Shown in pieces: positions 24,267-39,600 of a stretch of 64,000 nt of DNA. The stretch comes from Seison nebaliae (Eukaryota), in NCBI GenBank assembly GCA_023231475.1, contig JALJEE010000060.1, positions 1-64,000 of the forward strand. The letters run 5' to 3'. Each line of letters opens with the position of its first letter. The first letter of the stretch is position 1. Made by a program: the position numbers and the translations under genes. The notes under the pieces are model-generated. The model had not been told where the DNA came from, made no database searches, and saw nothing but the letters and a program-made list of their open reading frames with translations.

Positions 24267-27200
24267 CTCATCCAACATATTCAATATCTGTTGACGACAA
24301 ATTACAACAACATCATCTACAACAATCGAATTCGATGGTGACCACTGCCGTGGTAACAACAACAACAACGTCAAGTACCATAATTAACGAAAACTTCTCG
24401 AATGTTTCGTCGCAGAGTATCGCTCTTTTGTCTGCCATCTCGTCATTGTTGTTAACACCGGCCACCACCACCTTGACGACGACAACAAGTTCGTTGATCG
24501 ATCATTCGACTCTAGCGAAAATTGAACAGAAATTATCGGGAAAGAATGATCTGACGACATCAACGTCAATGTTGACGAATAATCTGATAACGAATCCTGA
24601 CGCTTTCTGGAGGAGACATGTTGATGAGAATGCGGTGTTGGGAGCAGTGAAAGCTGCTTTCTGTAACACATCGACATTGAATCGGAAAGGAAATAAAAAA
24701 CGGACAAAAAAGAAATCGCAAATTCAAAAAAAAATGGATGATAATACGAACAATAACAACAGTGAATTGATGGGACGACAAAAGAAACAAGTAATAAAAG
24801 ACACGAATCATTATCAGCAACATAATGGAAATGACGAATTGGTAACGGATGAAAATTTAGATGATTCGTACGATAACGATGACGGAAATGATGATGATAA
24901 TGATGATATAGAGAATGGCGAGGATGAACAAGAGGATAATATCAATAATATCTTCAATGACGATCGAGACGACGATGATGACGATGATGATTTGTTGAAT
25001 GAACCGAACGAGTTAGATTATCGATTAATCAACAATCGAAAACAACATCGAAAAGACAGGAAATTGAAGTTGAATAAGAAGAATGGAAGAAAATTAATGA
25101 AGAATCTCAACGACAATATCGATGGATCGAATAATAATGGAAATATCGATGTAGATATATTAGATGAATTGAATGAAGATATGGAGAATAATAACGATAA
25201 TATCGAACGTGATTTATTAGATGACGACGATGAAGATGATGATGATGAAGACGATGAATTAAATGATGATTTAGATGATATTTGGAATGAAAATGATTTG
25301 GATTCACATCCCAGACGACCTCTCACCAAACAACAACAACAACAACAACAGAATCAAATGTCGATGAAAAGAAAAAAACGCTTGAAACAACAACAACAAC
25401 AACAACAACAGAAACAAAGAGTAACAGATGAAGAAATGTTTGATGAAGATCAATTATGGAATAAGAGTTCGACGCACAATATGACGGGTGGAACACCTTC
25501 GTCTACAACAACTCTTCGACCGACCGATGCTGAAACGTTAGCACAAATGCTCCAACAACAATTACAAGCGATTAACGATGAAATAAAGATGATACAACGA
25601 GAGAAGGAGACGACAGAAATGAGAGCAGAAGAATTGGAATCTGCTGCAGTCGCTTCTTATTGTTGGCCGATGACCTCTCAAAATCAGAATACGAATTCAT
25701 TAAAATCTTTATCTAATTCAAATTTCCCAATTAATAATGATAATTTCAATAAAAGTGCTTTCGGTTTTCAACAGCAACAGCAGCAACAACAACAACATCA
25801 ATCTCAACAACCTCAACCTCCGGTCCGTCATTTACCTGTAAGTAATTCATCGAATAATTATGATATGTTGAAGAATGCTGATGATACATTTCCATTTCCA
25901 AATCCGTATGATTCTCTCAATCAGTCTTATAAATCCAATTATCTTTTCGATCGTATAAATAATAAATATCAAACGAATCAACAACTGTCACATCTATCTC
26001 ATCCCCAACAACAACAACAACAACAATCACAAGAGCAACAACATTTATCATCATTTAATGGTCATCAACAACAACAACAACAACAATCACATCATCATCA
26101 ACAACAACAAAACTTATTTCGTAATCCAAATTTATTTAATAACTTTTCAAATAATCCCAATCCAAATCAGACGAATAATAACAACAATAATTTAGTTTAT
26201 AGTTTTAATCAACCAAATTCAGGAAATCAGTTAAGAAATCCGATACATTTAGATAATCATTTCATGTCGCCTCAGTCTCAAATGCCAGCTTCAATCGACG
26301 AACATTATCCATTCGATTCAACGACAGCCGTCTATCAACATCCACCTCCACCGCCGCCACCACCACCACCACCCTCTCAATTACAATCGCAACAACAACA
26401 ACAACAACAACATCAGCAGCAATCTCATTTGGTAAATGAACAGCATCGCATGAATACTTTACCAATTAATTCGCATCAGCAACCGCATCCGCAATCACAA
26501 CAAATCTTACCAAATGGATTAACTAAATATCCTGATTATATTTCTTCAACTTTGCCACATCCCCAACATTTTCCTCAGCAGCAACAACAACAACAGCCAC
26601 AACAACAAGGAATTCTCTCGAAGAATACCCAACATTCCCAACATCTCCAACAACAGAAGCCACTCGATATGAAAACCAATAAATCGCCCACATCATATCC
26701 ACCCAACGACGGTATGAAACATTTTCCATCAAAAACTTCTAAATCAGATCAGTTAATTCAAGAACAACAACAACAACCAGTATCACCGTCGTTAGACAAG
26801 AAGTCTCCATATATCAATAAGAAATTATCATCAGCCAATCAACAAGTACATCATTCTCATCGTCATCATTCACATCAGCAATCCACTCCAACAACAACAA
26901 CAATAACATCCACTTCGTCTAATCGTCATTGTTATCATCATAGTCTCTTAAGTAGTAGTGATAATGAGAGTTCATCATCAGCTTTCGATACAGCTCCAAT
27001 TGGCCATCTTCGAATTAGTGCAAATCGTTCCGTTCAAAATACCGATCAATCACATCAACAACAGCAACAACAACAACAACACAATCCTTCTCATTTATTA
27101 TCTCACCATCATCATCACCACCATTCTCAACAAACCTCTTCATCTCAACCCCCGCAACAACAACAACAACAACAATCATCATCTCATCAACATACGGAAG

Positions 27201-29196
27201 ACGCTTCGTCATATGCTGCCACTCTATCTCAACAATTGGGATCATCGATCGTTTCAAGAAACCATCATTCCAATACATTGAGGAATCAATCGACGACATC
27301 AGCAGTAGGAACGGGTGGAATCAAATCTGAATATGATCGACGCCTCCGTCAAAAATTTGAGTTGTTGGAGAAGGCCATACAAGATAATCAGCCGTTCACC
27401 GTTTGGAATGGACCGACGGTTGTGGCCTGGTTAGAATTATGGGTAGGAATGCCAGCCTGGTATGTAGCTGCCTGTCGTGCTAATGTTAAATCGGGTCAGA
27501 TTATGAGTAGTCTTTCCGACGCTGATATTCAGCGAGAAATTGGTATTGCCAATCCACTTCATCGACTGAAACTTCGATTAGCAATTCAGGAGATTCTCGT
27601 ACTAACCACCACAAAACCATCAACCGCTTCATCTCCATCATCCAAGCAGCGATTAACCGTGAAGATTGGTGTTGGAAAGAATGCTCTACATCTTGTCCCC
27701 AGGTCGAGTTTAGCCTTTGGCGAGATGAATCATGAATGGATTGGTAACGAATGGTTGTCATCACTCGGTCTTCCTCAATATCGTCAAGCCTTTATGGAGT
27801 GTTTAGTTGACGCTCGAATGTTAGAACATTTGACAAAGAAAGATTTGCAGAAACATCTTAAAATGGTCGATACATTTCATCGGTTTCTAATTCATATTCT
27901 GTCTCATCTAATTCGAATTTTGTTTATTTACAGTGCAAGTTTTGAATATGGAATTCGCGTACTGAAACGTGTCAATTATGACCGTTCCGTTCTCGAGAAA
28001 AGACGTGACGTTTGTAAAGATATTCAAAAAGGTTCAATATTTCTTCTCTTTCAACCTTCTCTTAACTAACTCGATTGCTATAGATGTTATGGTTTGGTCA
28101 TGTGATCGTGTAAAGAAATGGGTGGAGCATATCAGTTTACAGGAATATGCAAATAATTTACATCAATCTGGTGTTCATGGTGGATTGTTGGCATTGGACG
28201 ATACTTTTGATTGGTTATGTTTGGCCTTAGCATTACAAATACCAAATCAACATTCACAAGTTCTTTCTTAATACTTCTTCACTTCTTCTTCATAATAAAT
28301 TCTTTCCCGTCTTTTAGGCCAGACAAATTTTAGAAAGAGAATTTTACAATTTATTGTCTTCTGGTACCGAGAGGAAAATTGATGAGGTTCTTATTTGTTT
28401 TTCATTTTTAAATTTATCCTAATTATTATTCTTAATGAGAACTTTAAATTTTGACAAATTGTTAAAACTCTAAATTTTATTATTCCAACAAAATTCTATT
28501 TTTGTGATTAAAGAAATTTCATTTTATTTTATCATCAGTTATCTGTTAATCGACGTAATTAAATGGTTAACGATTAACGTGTAATCATTTCAAAAATATC
28601 AGGTAATTACTAGACAATAATTTTTATGTGAAGTGAAATTTGTATTGTGATTATTTCGTCCGAATGAATTTTCGTCCATTGTCTCTTCTGTGTGTCTTCT
28701 TTGTGGGAAGAATATTTTCAAATAAAAATTAATTGATTGTATATTGAAGGAATTACATTCGACAAGAAAATCATCGAATACATCTCATGCGATCTTAAAG
28801 AAATTGTTGCAATCGAAAAAGAAGAAAGAATCAAATTCAAATAATAATAATTCGAATTCGAACAATTCCAACAGTTCCTCCACCACCATCAATTACACGA
28901 ACGACAATAATGATTCATCTCAAAATATTGATACGATAACGGAATCATTATCGATATTAGGTAAACGTCTGTCAATCACACATGACACTGATCTCACTGA
29001 CAAATCGTTCGACTTGTCAAGTCAGTCTACAACTCAACCGAAATCGTCTCCACCTCCACCTTTGCCTCCAAGAGAACCGGTTGCTGACGAATTAACTAAA
29101 TCACCACCAAAAGATTTAAATGTGAGCGGATTACAAAATACGACTAACGACCAGATAGACAAAGAAGAAAAATCGACTGAAAAAATCATTGAATGA
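22205..29196 (+). CDS. PPFIA: Liprin-alpha (coiled coils + 3 SAM domains) with large low-complexity insertions. Exons about 22205-27882, 27934-28030, 28084-28259, 28318-28386 and a tentative last exon 28750-29196
   Basis: [11 protein letters not shown] start, [112 protein letters not shown]. The last exon is joined by frame compatibility only. Confidence 0.95.
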
Positions 29197-30425
29197 AAAT
29201 TATTCATTGTCATATCGTTGTCTTCATCACTTCGGAGATTTTACAGTTATTTATTATGAAATTAAATTCGAATCGTTAAAAGAATGAAAGAAGAATTCCT
29301 TAATTATTCTTTAAACAAATCGACGAACGAATGAAACGAAATTCATTTTTGTTTCTCCCAAAAACATTCTTGTTATATCCATTTCCTCCATCTCCATAGT
29401 TTTCTCAAAATTCATATCCAAATATTTTCCACGTTATCAGGAAAATATGAAATATTAATTTTTCAAAAATGAATTCAAATAATTTAATTTTATCGAAAAC
29501 TCATTTACTTTCTTAAATTTTTATACACCAAATTCCTTTGTCAGTCTTTTTAATTTTTTTTTTCGAAAAAAAAACACCAAAACTAATATCAACGACTTAT
29601 ATTTATTATGTTTTTTCATGTATCACATTCATTTTAACTAATGTGACATATTTGGAACTTATCATCTTTTATGATATCGGATGATATTTTCCTTCATTCT
29701 ATTACCAATCCATCAAAACGATTTATTTGTATATTGATTATTTTCTTAATAGTTTTGTCTTTATTACTCGTAACATTATCGTTCTGATCTGAATATAAAT
29801 TAGTAATGATAATGAATTTTAATCTCTGAAAAAATATTATCTTATTTTGTTAGTAAAGACAAATCAGTTCCACAATTCCTTCTGTTTTCGTCAATTTTTA
29901 AATTTGTATTAATCTCCTCCACAAATTAATGATTGTAAAAATATGTTCATTTCTTTCATCATAATAACATTCATTGTTACATACAAATTTCCTTAAAAGA
30001 AATGAAGAACAAAGTTTTATTTCTTTCATTTTTTTTCATTCTCAATTCTCTCGATACTCCAATAGTTTTTTTCATGTGCAAATTTCTATCGTGAAAAAAA
30101 TTAATTTCATCTTCATTCAATTCATATGACAATAGACGAATAAGACGACGACGATGACGATGATGATCATGTTATTATTATTCTACTGTTTCATTTTAAT
30201 AGTTAAATGATGAAATCATTAAATAAATTATAAATTTATCTTTAATTTGAATGGTTTTTTTTTTCTTATGAATGAAAAGAAGAAAAAGAAAATGGAAACT
30301 ATACAAAAAATGAATAATGTTCAATTCTTATTATTGTCAATTGTCAATAAACTAAATTATCATATACAATCATCTCTAAATGACGAGAATGATGATTTAA
30401 TAAGGATGGAAAATGAAAATAATGT

Positions 30426-33400
30426 CTAATACACCCAACTGACTGGTATCCATTGAGGTGTGGATGTGAATAAAACGAATAATTTCTCTATTTGATTTGC
30501 AATCTCGTTGAACATTCCATCATTATCGTAGACGGTTGATTCGTAATTATCGAAAACGGCGCTACTAACACCCGTTCGAGATTTGACAGAAATGGTCGGT
30601 CGGTTAGTTAAGATGTTGGAGGTTGGTGGTGACGATGATGGTGATAATGTTGGAGAAGAAGAAATCGAATAAGAGACAATTGCATCGAATAAATACGAAT
30701 AAGAGTTCATAAAACTCTCGTTTTCTAATTGTTCCTTTCCACTGGACATGTCATTTCGAATGAATACGACGAATGGTGCGAATTCTCCACGACGTAATGG
30801 TCGAAATGTCTGAAAAAATGGAATTTGAATTGAAAAATGAAATTTAAAATGAGAAATAAAAAAGAAGAACTTTAATATCGATATCGATTAATGCGATTCG
30901 ATTATTCTTGATGAGATCCGTTATTGTCGATAATCGTCGACCATAATAAGCATTCTCGTGAATTCCATATTCGAGGAATTCATTATTCTCAATATCTGCC
31001 ATCATCTCATCCCAAGTGATGAAATAATAATCTTTTCCATCATGTTCATCATTCTTCGGTAAACGACTAGTATCTGATAATAATAAAAGAAATTATTTAA
31101 AATTTAAAATTAATTATTTATAATAAAAAAATTAAATAAATAGAACGTGAAATGGGATAAGCGAATTGTCCATCTAATTTCAATAATTCTTCGATAATTC
31201 TCTTCTTATCAATCGTCTCTTTCCCAATGAGAATGATGGAATGTCTTCCAAATTTCGGCATTAACATCACCTCCTCATAAGTTAACACATTAAATTGATC
31301 GACATTCGTCAATGTCGATCGACGTGATTTGGGACTAAAGTTCTTCGGAGTACTCGTATCACTATCATTTCCTTTAGTCATTTGATTCTTCTCTTTCGTC
31401 TCCACATTTTCTACAACATTCGTCGAATTTGTGATTGTTGTTGTTATTGTTGTTGTTGTTGTTGTTGTGGCAGATGATGATATTGATGAAGATGATGATA
31501 CTGAGGATGATGAAGGAAATGGTAGACAACTATAAGATGATTTTTGATTGATTTTATTTTGATGATTCTCATCCGTTTTTATATGTGTAATTCTCATTTC
31601 TTGTAATTCGGGTGATGGTATTAATTCCGGTGCATCCGAATGGAAATAGAAATTTCCATTAAATGTTCCTTCACATAACGATTGTTCCAAATGAACTTTT
31701 CGAGCTTGCCAAAATGAACTGTCGTCTTTGGAGATGATTTGGAAAATGTCGCCGATGAGGAATTTAGTTGAAATATTTTGTTTCTTCTTTTCCAAATTCG
31801 TTTGATGATTCATCGGATGAATCGTATCACTTGTCGAATCATAATTGAATAAACATTTCACATAAATATCACATGGAGGAGCTGCTGTTTTTGATGTGGT
31901 GATGATTTTCAATCGAATAATTCCTTCCTGTAATGCGAGATAATTTCGAATGGAATTCGTTGACATTTGGGAAATGAGTCGTCCATTAATCTCATGAATC
32001 TCGTCGCCCACATGCAAATTGCCGATACGATGAATAAATCCTCCATAAATGATCCGTTTGATCATACATCGATTTCCATCACTTTGCAATGTTATTCCTA
32101 ACGGTTCATTGTTGGGTCGTTCGAAACAAACCATCCGATAATTCTTCACATGAATTCGAAATTTCTCATTCACATCCGTCTGCTTAAGTACTTTGGGTGA
32201 CTTCTTTTTCGATATCGTGTCGGAACGATTCCTTTCCGGCATTTGTAATTTTGCCATTCGATTAACTAATCGATCATCATTCTCGTCGTTTCTGCACACG
32301 ATATTCTCATGATTACGAATGAAAGCTTTCAACTTGTCGAAATTAGACATTTGACTAAATGATGTCTCATCATTCTCTGGAAAGAAGGAAGGAAAGTAAT
32401 ATAATTAAATACCATCAAATTCCATTAATGATGATTATATAGAAATTTTAAGATAAAAATATCAAAAAAAAATTTCAAATTATCCAAAATACAAATTAAA
32501 TTTTTTTCAATAATTATAATTATTAACCGTCTAATAATAATTGTCTTTTAGTCAATTTGATTAATGCCTGTTCTTGTTGGATGTTATTCTTGGCATTCCG
32601 AATATTATTCGTTAACGTTGATTGACATTTAGAGCCCACGATATATACGTAACATTCGAGTAATGCCTAAAAAATGAAGAAGAAGAATTATAATACAATT
32701 ATACAATTCTTTAAATTATTCATAAATTGAATTGATATAAAGAAAAAAGAAGTTGTTGAGTAATAGAAAGAAAACTTATTAAATTATCCTAATAATTAAT
32801 ATTATTAAATTTAATAATTAATTAATAATTAAATGGAAATAATAAAATGGAGAATATCGGGAGGAATTGTTCCTTTATCAATTCTCCAACAACAATTTAT
32901 TTTCACTTCTCTTGTCCCACCTCCCTATACTTAACATGTAAGAGATAAACTATTATTTTGCTGAAAAATTAGTTTTAAGTCCGAAAATACATAACGCTAC
33001 GGGATAATGGTTTAGTGATTGAGAGGAATGAGAGAAGAATACTTAATTGGTAGAGAAGAAGAAAGGAAATTCTCATAATAACAATGGAAATGTTAGGAGA
33101 GAATGAGATGAAGTAACATGGATGAATGAAGAGACTTCCTCTATTCTATGAGAATGGAATGATGGAATTGCATGCGACGAATAGTTGGAAGAATGCATGC
33201 ATTATGGAGGAGAAAAGAAATGGATGTCGTGAAATGGAAATAGTAGAAACAGAAAGATTACTGTAAATAGTGGAATGAATATGAGAGATTGATTGTTTTT
33301 CTCCCCTACCACCGATTACATGAAGGAAAAAAGTGGAATTTCATGTTACTCATTATCCGACCAAGCAGAATATTAAATATTCCAATTCACTAGAGAATTT

Positions 33401-36138
33401 TTGTTTTTGCTTTCGAAAGAATTATTCATGTTTAGAATAAATCCTCAAATAATTACTTCCTTTCTACATCCACCTATTTATTTTATTTGGAAATTGATCG
33501 AAAAGGAATTTTAAGGAAATTCATAGGAAGATGAGTATTGTTGGATAAGTGTTGTTGAGAAGAAGAAAAAAGGGAAATATGAGAATCATGTACATTTGGA
33601 AATATTTAAAAGAATAATAGAAATATTATCTTTACATATATTTTTTAACTTATCTGTTATTAGAAATACAACTTCATCAATTAGGAGAGGTGAGAAAGAA
33701 GAATTATTAGATAAAATTAATTTTGCATTTTTTCTCGTGGACGAACAAGCAGACGAATCAAGTAGATTATGAAATTATCAATGTTATTCTTATGTCGTTT
33801 GGAATAATATTGATAAATGGAATATAAACCAATAATATACTCTCTCTCTCTCAATATGTTATGTGTGTGAGAGAGTCGATGCATTTTTTAGAGATCGATC
33901 TCATAATATTTTAATTTTTCATAATTACTCGTCGAATGGAAATGGGGAGATGAAGTGAAATGTTGCTGTCGATGAATGGAGGAGTTGAGCGATGAATCTT
34001 CATTAAATTTCGTTACGCTGATGACGGAAGAGTCATATGGTTCGTTGAATGGAAGTGGATGATTCGGATGATGATGATAATATTGTGGCTGATAAATGGG
34101 GAGAGGCGAAGGTGTTAATAAACATTGGTCGATATCGGCATCGAAAATGGGAATATAACATCGCTCATTATTCTTATCAGTCTCTTCCGATTGTTCTATC
34201 AGATTTGGAACGGATCGAATATTCATTTTCGAATTCTGATTATTTTGTCCAATATTTGAATTATTATGAATTAAATTTTGAATTATATTATTTGTTCCTT
34301 GCTCATATTGTTTTTGTTGTTGTTGTTGTTGTTGTTGAAGATAAGCTAAATAATTTCCACAATCATCATTTCGATGAAATTGCGAGAAATTAATATCGTC
34401 AATATCGACATCTTCACGTTTCGATGATGATGATGGTGAAGAGGAGGTGGTGGTAATGGTGGATGATGGTGGTACTGGTAATGGTAATGAAAGATGATGA
34501 TTGTTCGAATGATTTTTATCGATATGAATAATTCGCTTATTGTCGATAATCGTTTGTTGGGGAATGAATTCGACTTTCGAATTATCTTTCTCAATCTCAT
34601 TTGGAGATGTTGTGGCGGTGACGGAGAAGATGATACGGGGAGAGAACGTGGTCACCATAACGGTGGGAGGATTATTTGAATTTTTTACATTAATTTTATC
34701 AACTAATGATTCGGTTCTCGGTTCGTCCACATGAGATAAGAAAGAAAGATTTTTCTCAATTTTCACATTCTCTTTCGGACGTGTCATTTGCTGGTGATGG
34801 TGATGATGATGATGATGATGTGGGAGATATTTCAATTGAAATGCACTTTCATTATTCAAAATTGGAATATCTCTAAAATTTTGAATTCGATTACAAAGTC
34901 GATTAGAATCGGATGTAGACGAAGTGTTGATGAATCGAATATTGGACGAAGAAACTTCATCAACTGGTGATGGTAAATCAGAAAGTGAATTCATCGTCAT
35001 CTGATGTTCTTGAAAAAAGAGAGTTGATGTTGTTGGAAATGATGATATGGAAGAGGTGAGATGGTTAACGATATTGGTCGATGATAAAGATGAGAGATTA
35101 TTGTTTTTTTTTGCCGTCGCCATCGTTAATGATGGTGTGGAAGGGGAAAGAATGGAAGACAATGTGACGGTGGAATTAACTGATTTATTTGTTGTCGATG
35201 TTATTGTCTGATGTCGTTCGAGTTGTGGAGCTAAATGAGAATTAGCTGATGATGCCATGATGAGGAGGAAAGATTTATCTTTTTTCTCTTCCTCACTCGA
35301 AATCACTTGACAAGACGATGAAGGTGATAAAGATGAGAAAGAGGAGATACTACTCGCTAGAAATTGGGAGGATGGAGTATCTAAATGAAATGAATTAGAT
35401 GATGAAATGACGTTTGATGACGGTTGTTGATATTGGATAATATGATTCGTTATATTTGTCTCTTTCTTCTGTTTGAGAAGATTCTCTTCAATTTTCTTCG
35501 TTGTATCTTCTTCTTTCAAAAGGACACTCTTCTTCAAAATGGGAATCGAACAATAAGTTGTTGTCAATTGTGTCAATTGTTTGACACGATGTTCATTCTC
35601 ATCAATTATCGATGAAGTGGATGAGGAAGAGGATGACGAAGAGGAAGAAGAGGAGGAGGGAGATGAAGGAAAATTCTTGTTCGAATGCTTATGATGTCTG
35701 GGAGATGCATATGAGGATAAGATGGAATATGTTGACGGTTTCTTCATTGAACTCGTAGTGAATTCCACATGTTTCTTCGATGGTGATTTGTCCGTTCGTT
35801 GCATCGATCCAAATGTCATCTGTTTCCCATACTTCTCCATCAAATGATTATATTGATTATTGATCATTTCATTATTCTCCATTTTCATTTTATTCTTATT
35901 CGAATTATTCGTAAAATTCAACGATTCATTCAACGATAAATACGTTTTCATTCTCTTATCTTTCAACTTCTCCTGATAATGTGGTTGGGGTTGTTGATGA
36001 ATATTATATCGATTCGGATATTGTTGTTGTTGTTGTTGTTGTTGTTGCTGCTGCTGCTGCTGTTGATGATGATGATGATGATGATGATGATGCGATTGTG
36101 AATTTTTAAAAAATAATTTATTATTCTTCTCTAATGAA

Positions 36139-36172
<34 letters not shown>

Positions 36173-36620
36173 GATGTTGATGGTTATCGGTTCGATATTT
36201 TGTATGTTCGGAATTTGGTATAAAATTACAACTATTCTTCTTCTGATTATGTTTCGTGGATGTTTTGTGACATTTGGCATACATCGAATCAGATGTCTCG
36301 ATTGGCGTTCTCGTACGAATTCGTTCATTCGATGCATCGATATTCCGAATGAGTTGAATCGAATGAGTTCTCGTGATTCCGGATTGAGAGAAGGAGGGCG
36401 TCGAATAAAATGGAGAGGCATAAACATTTGTACGATTGTCAATCGTAGAATCGTTTATTCGATGATTCTTTTTATTTTTCAATTTCTTATTTGATCGAAG
36501 TTGCTTCAAATTCTCATTCGACGAACATTTTTTTTCTATTCCCAAATTATTCGTTATCGAAAGATTTGTCGATCCTCCCACTGAATATGGGATATTAACT
36601 TGTTGTTGTTGTTGTTGAAC

Positions 36621-36657
<37 letters not shown>

Positions 36658-39600
36658 GATAGTAGATAATTATATAATTGACAACAATAATTATAATATG
36701 AATGATAATAAGAATCGTAGAGTTGTTGTCCACCACATTCCTGAGAACAGGTCGGATGATGGAGATGATGATGATGAAATAATGATGAACAACCAGGAGA
36801 TACGAAATTTGAATTACTCAAATCATCCACATTCTTCTCGTCATCATTATCTTCATCCAATTCATAACTCTGATGGAAATTCACATCTTCATCGGAAAAC
36901 TCATTTTTCATCGGATCATCAACTTTCGATTTTCGTTTTTCTTTCTGCTTTTTCATCTCTTTTTTTTCCATCGTCCCTTTCGTCGATGGAATCGACGTCT
37001 TACCCGATTGTTTTCCTTCACTCAAATTCTTCGAATTCTTTTTCTGACGATTCATCATCTTCTTCTTATTCTTCCTCGATCGTTGATCATTCTCTCGATG
37101 ATATCGTTGTTGTTGTTGTTGTTGTTGTTGTTGGACTGAGAAGGAAGTGGTCGATTGATGATTCTTTATACTCGACAAACCATTCGTTGTGGTGGTGGTG
37201 ATAATGGTGGAGGAGGAGTTGCTTGATGATGATGTGATTGAAACATTCGAATGATTTGCGGAGAAACAACCGAATTGGAATGGATGTCGATTCATTTCAT
37301 TTCATCCGAAAATTTCCGTTCGTTTATTGAACTTTATTGAGAGTGGAAATTATAATTTAATTTAATTTTCATTCAACATTCTTTCTCCTTGTTATTCCTT
37401 CTCCACTTACACACAAACATTATACAGACAACTAATAAACTTCTCTGAACGAGAAGTAGATAATTGAAGTTCTTTTCCACCAGAAAAACAAAATCGATTC
37501 TTATTAAAATAGAAAGAGTTTTAGCTAATAATACCCAATAATTCGAAATTATGGAAGGAAATCGAAAAAATAATATTAAATTATTTCTCTTCTGCATCTG
37601 ATATGAGAATGATCCAAATGCTTATTAGTAGTACGAGGAAGATCCAGATGGAATGAAATAAAAATAACAACAAATGAATATCCGATTAATTCTTCCTAAT
37701 TATACGTCCTGTTATTTCCTTTTTTATCTAACAAGCTATCTTTCAATGAATTGAAGGAGAACGAACAATATCATTCCTCAAAAAGTCCTTTCTCCTCCTA
37801 AACGAGGAAATCTTCTGTGATTCATATTGAAACATATGAAAACATGATTAAATAATAAATGATTTAATAAATCTCGTTTGAAAACTGGATTGTTCATTCA
37901 TCTCCCAAAATTTTTTCGGTAGTTCCCTAAAAATAAAACTCCTCTCTCAACAAAATTCATCTCCAAGAGATGAAAGAAAATCGATCAACAATCAGAAAAA
38001 TGCATCGATACATTCTGCTTTTTGTTTTAAAAAATATTTTTCTTATTCGATTCATCAATTCTTCTAATAATAAGATAGTTGGAAATAGATGAATGAAATC
38101 GATTGAGAATATAAATGTAAATTATCTCATTCATTGATATTGGAATTGGATATAGATTTATTCGATTACCTATCAATTTACCTGACAATACTCGAACATT
38201 TCCATTTACAATCAATGATTAATATCTATTAAATCATTCAATTATATTTCGGTCAAAAGTTCCCACCATCCACTTAAGATTACTGTTCGATTATTAACAT
38301 TAATCAATCTCGATGAGCATGCGAACAATACACTCCACCAATTGTTAAACAAGCCACTTCATTAATATACTGTCTGATAAATGATGAAGATAGAAATCGT
38401 TGATAACATGCAGAAAAATTATTAAACGATTATGGAAATGTTTCACAAGTCATACCATCATTCCATGTCATCATCAGCCTACCCTCCCCATAAGACGAGA
38501 CGTTATTAAAGGATTAGGAAGAATAATAATTATTCGAAGAGAAATCGAATGGAATGAATAATGATAATAAATCCGGAATGGATAATCATCCACATCATCA
38601 TCAGACAATAAAGCAGATAATCAACTTGCTACTTTTGATGTCGCGTAAACGGAAGGTAATAAATTGAACAATTACTACTCATCACAAATGAAAAATTATT
38701 CAATTTGAATTATTCCTCCTCCTCTTCTTCTTCTTCTTTTTTTTCTTCTTCTTCTTCTTCTTCTATAAAGAAATGATTGATGAGAATAGAATCGAATAAA
38801 TTCTTATTTAAAATTCTCAAGAAATTCTTATCGAAAATTCTCATAAAATGTTCATTCAAAATTTATTACATTTAAATAATATAAGAATAAGTTTTCTCCA
38901 AAACTCCAATTTAAATTCCTTCAAAATATTTTCCATCCAACTTTTATTTGCAATGAATCATTAGAATTACAATTTTTACTTGAATTACTCATTGAATAAA
39001 TCTAAAAGAGATTTTTTCGTACAACTCAAGGCGAATATTTCTCAATTGAGTAATTTTCATCAACATAACAATTCCAATCGAACGAATGAAGTATTGGAAG
39101 TGAATGAAGAAGAATAAATATCGATGACAAATAATCGATATATAATTATTCTCTTAAGACATTTCGTCACTGGTCTAGTAGGACTAGTGGGAAAAGATGA
39201 AATTCTTATTGATTTTCCCACATTTTTTAAATGTCCGTCAAACTGATTTAATTTAGGAATATTTCAAAAATTTCACATTTGACTTAATCGTCATCATTCG
39301 ACTTTTCCATCTCATTTCACTTCCATTCACAATTGATTAACCTAAATTTTATTTATAAGTTAAATATACCGATAAGTTAAAATTTTTGTTGACTAATTCG
39401 AATTGGAAATGGACAGACCGTTCCACAACGGAAAAGTCGACTAAATATTGCCAAGTCGATTGTTTGAGGAAGTGATATGGATTCTATAAATTATGGGGCG
39501 GGATGTCACGCAATTTTCGTTTTTTCTCAAAAAAAACTTCCTCTCGTTTGTAAACTAAATTTTCTTTTCGTTCTTGAAAAATAGAGTAACTAAATATGGT

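Noticed and set aside
22218..37269. Many small antisense or alternate-frame ORFs (poly-V, poly-L, poly-N, poly-M)
   Set aside because: They are shadows of CAA/CAT/GAT triplet repeats in liprin and the nested ORF.
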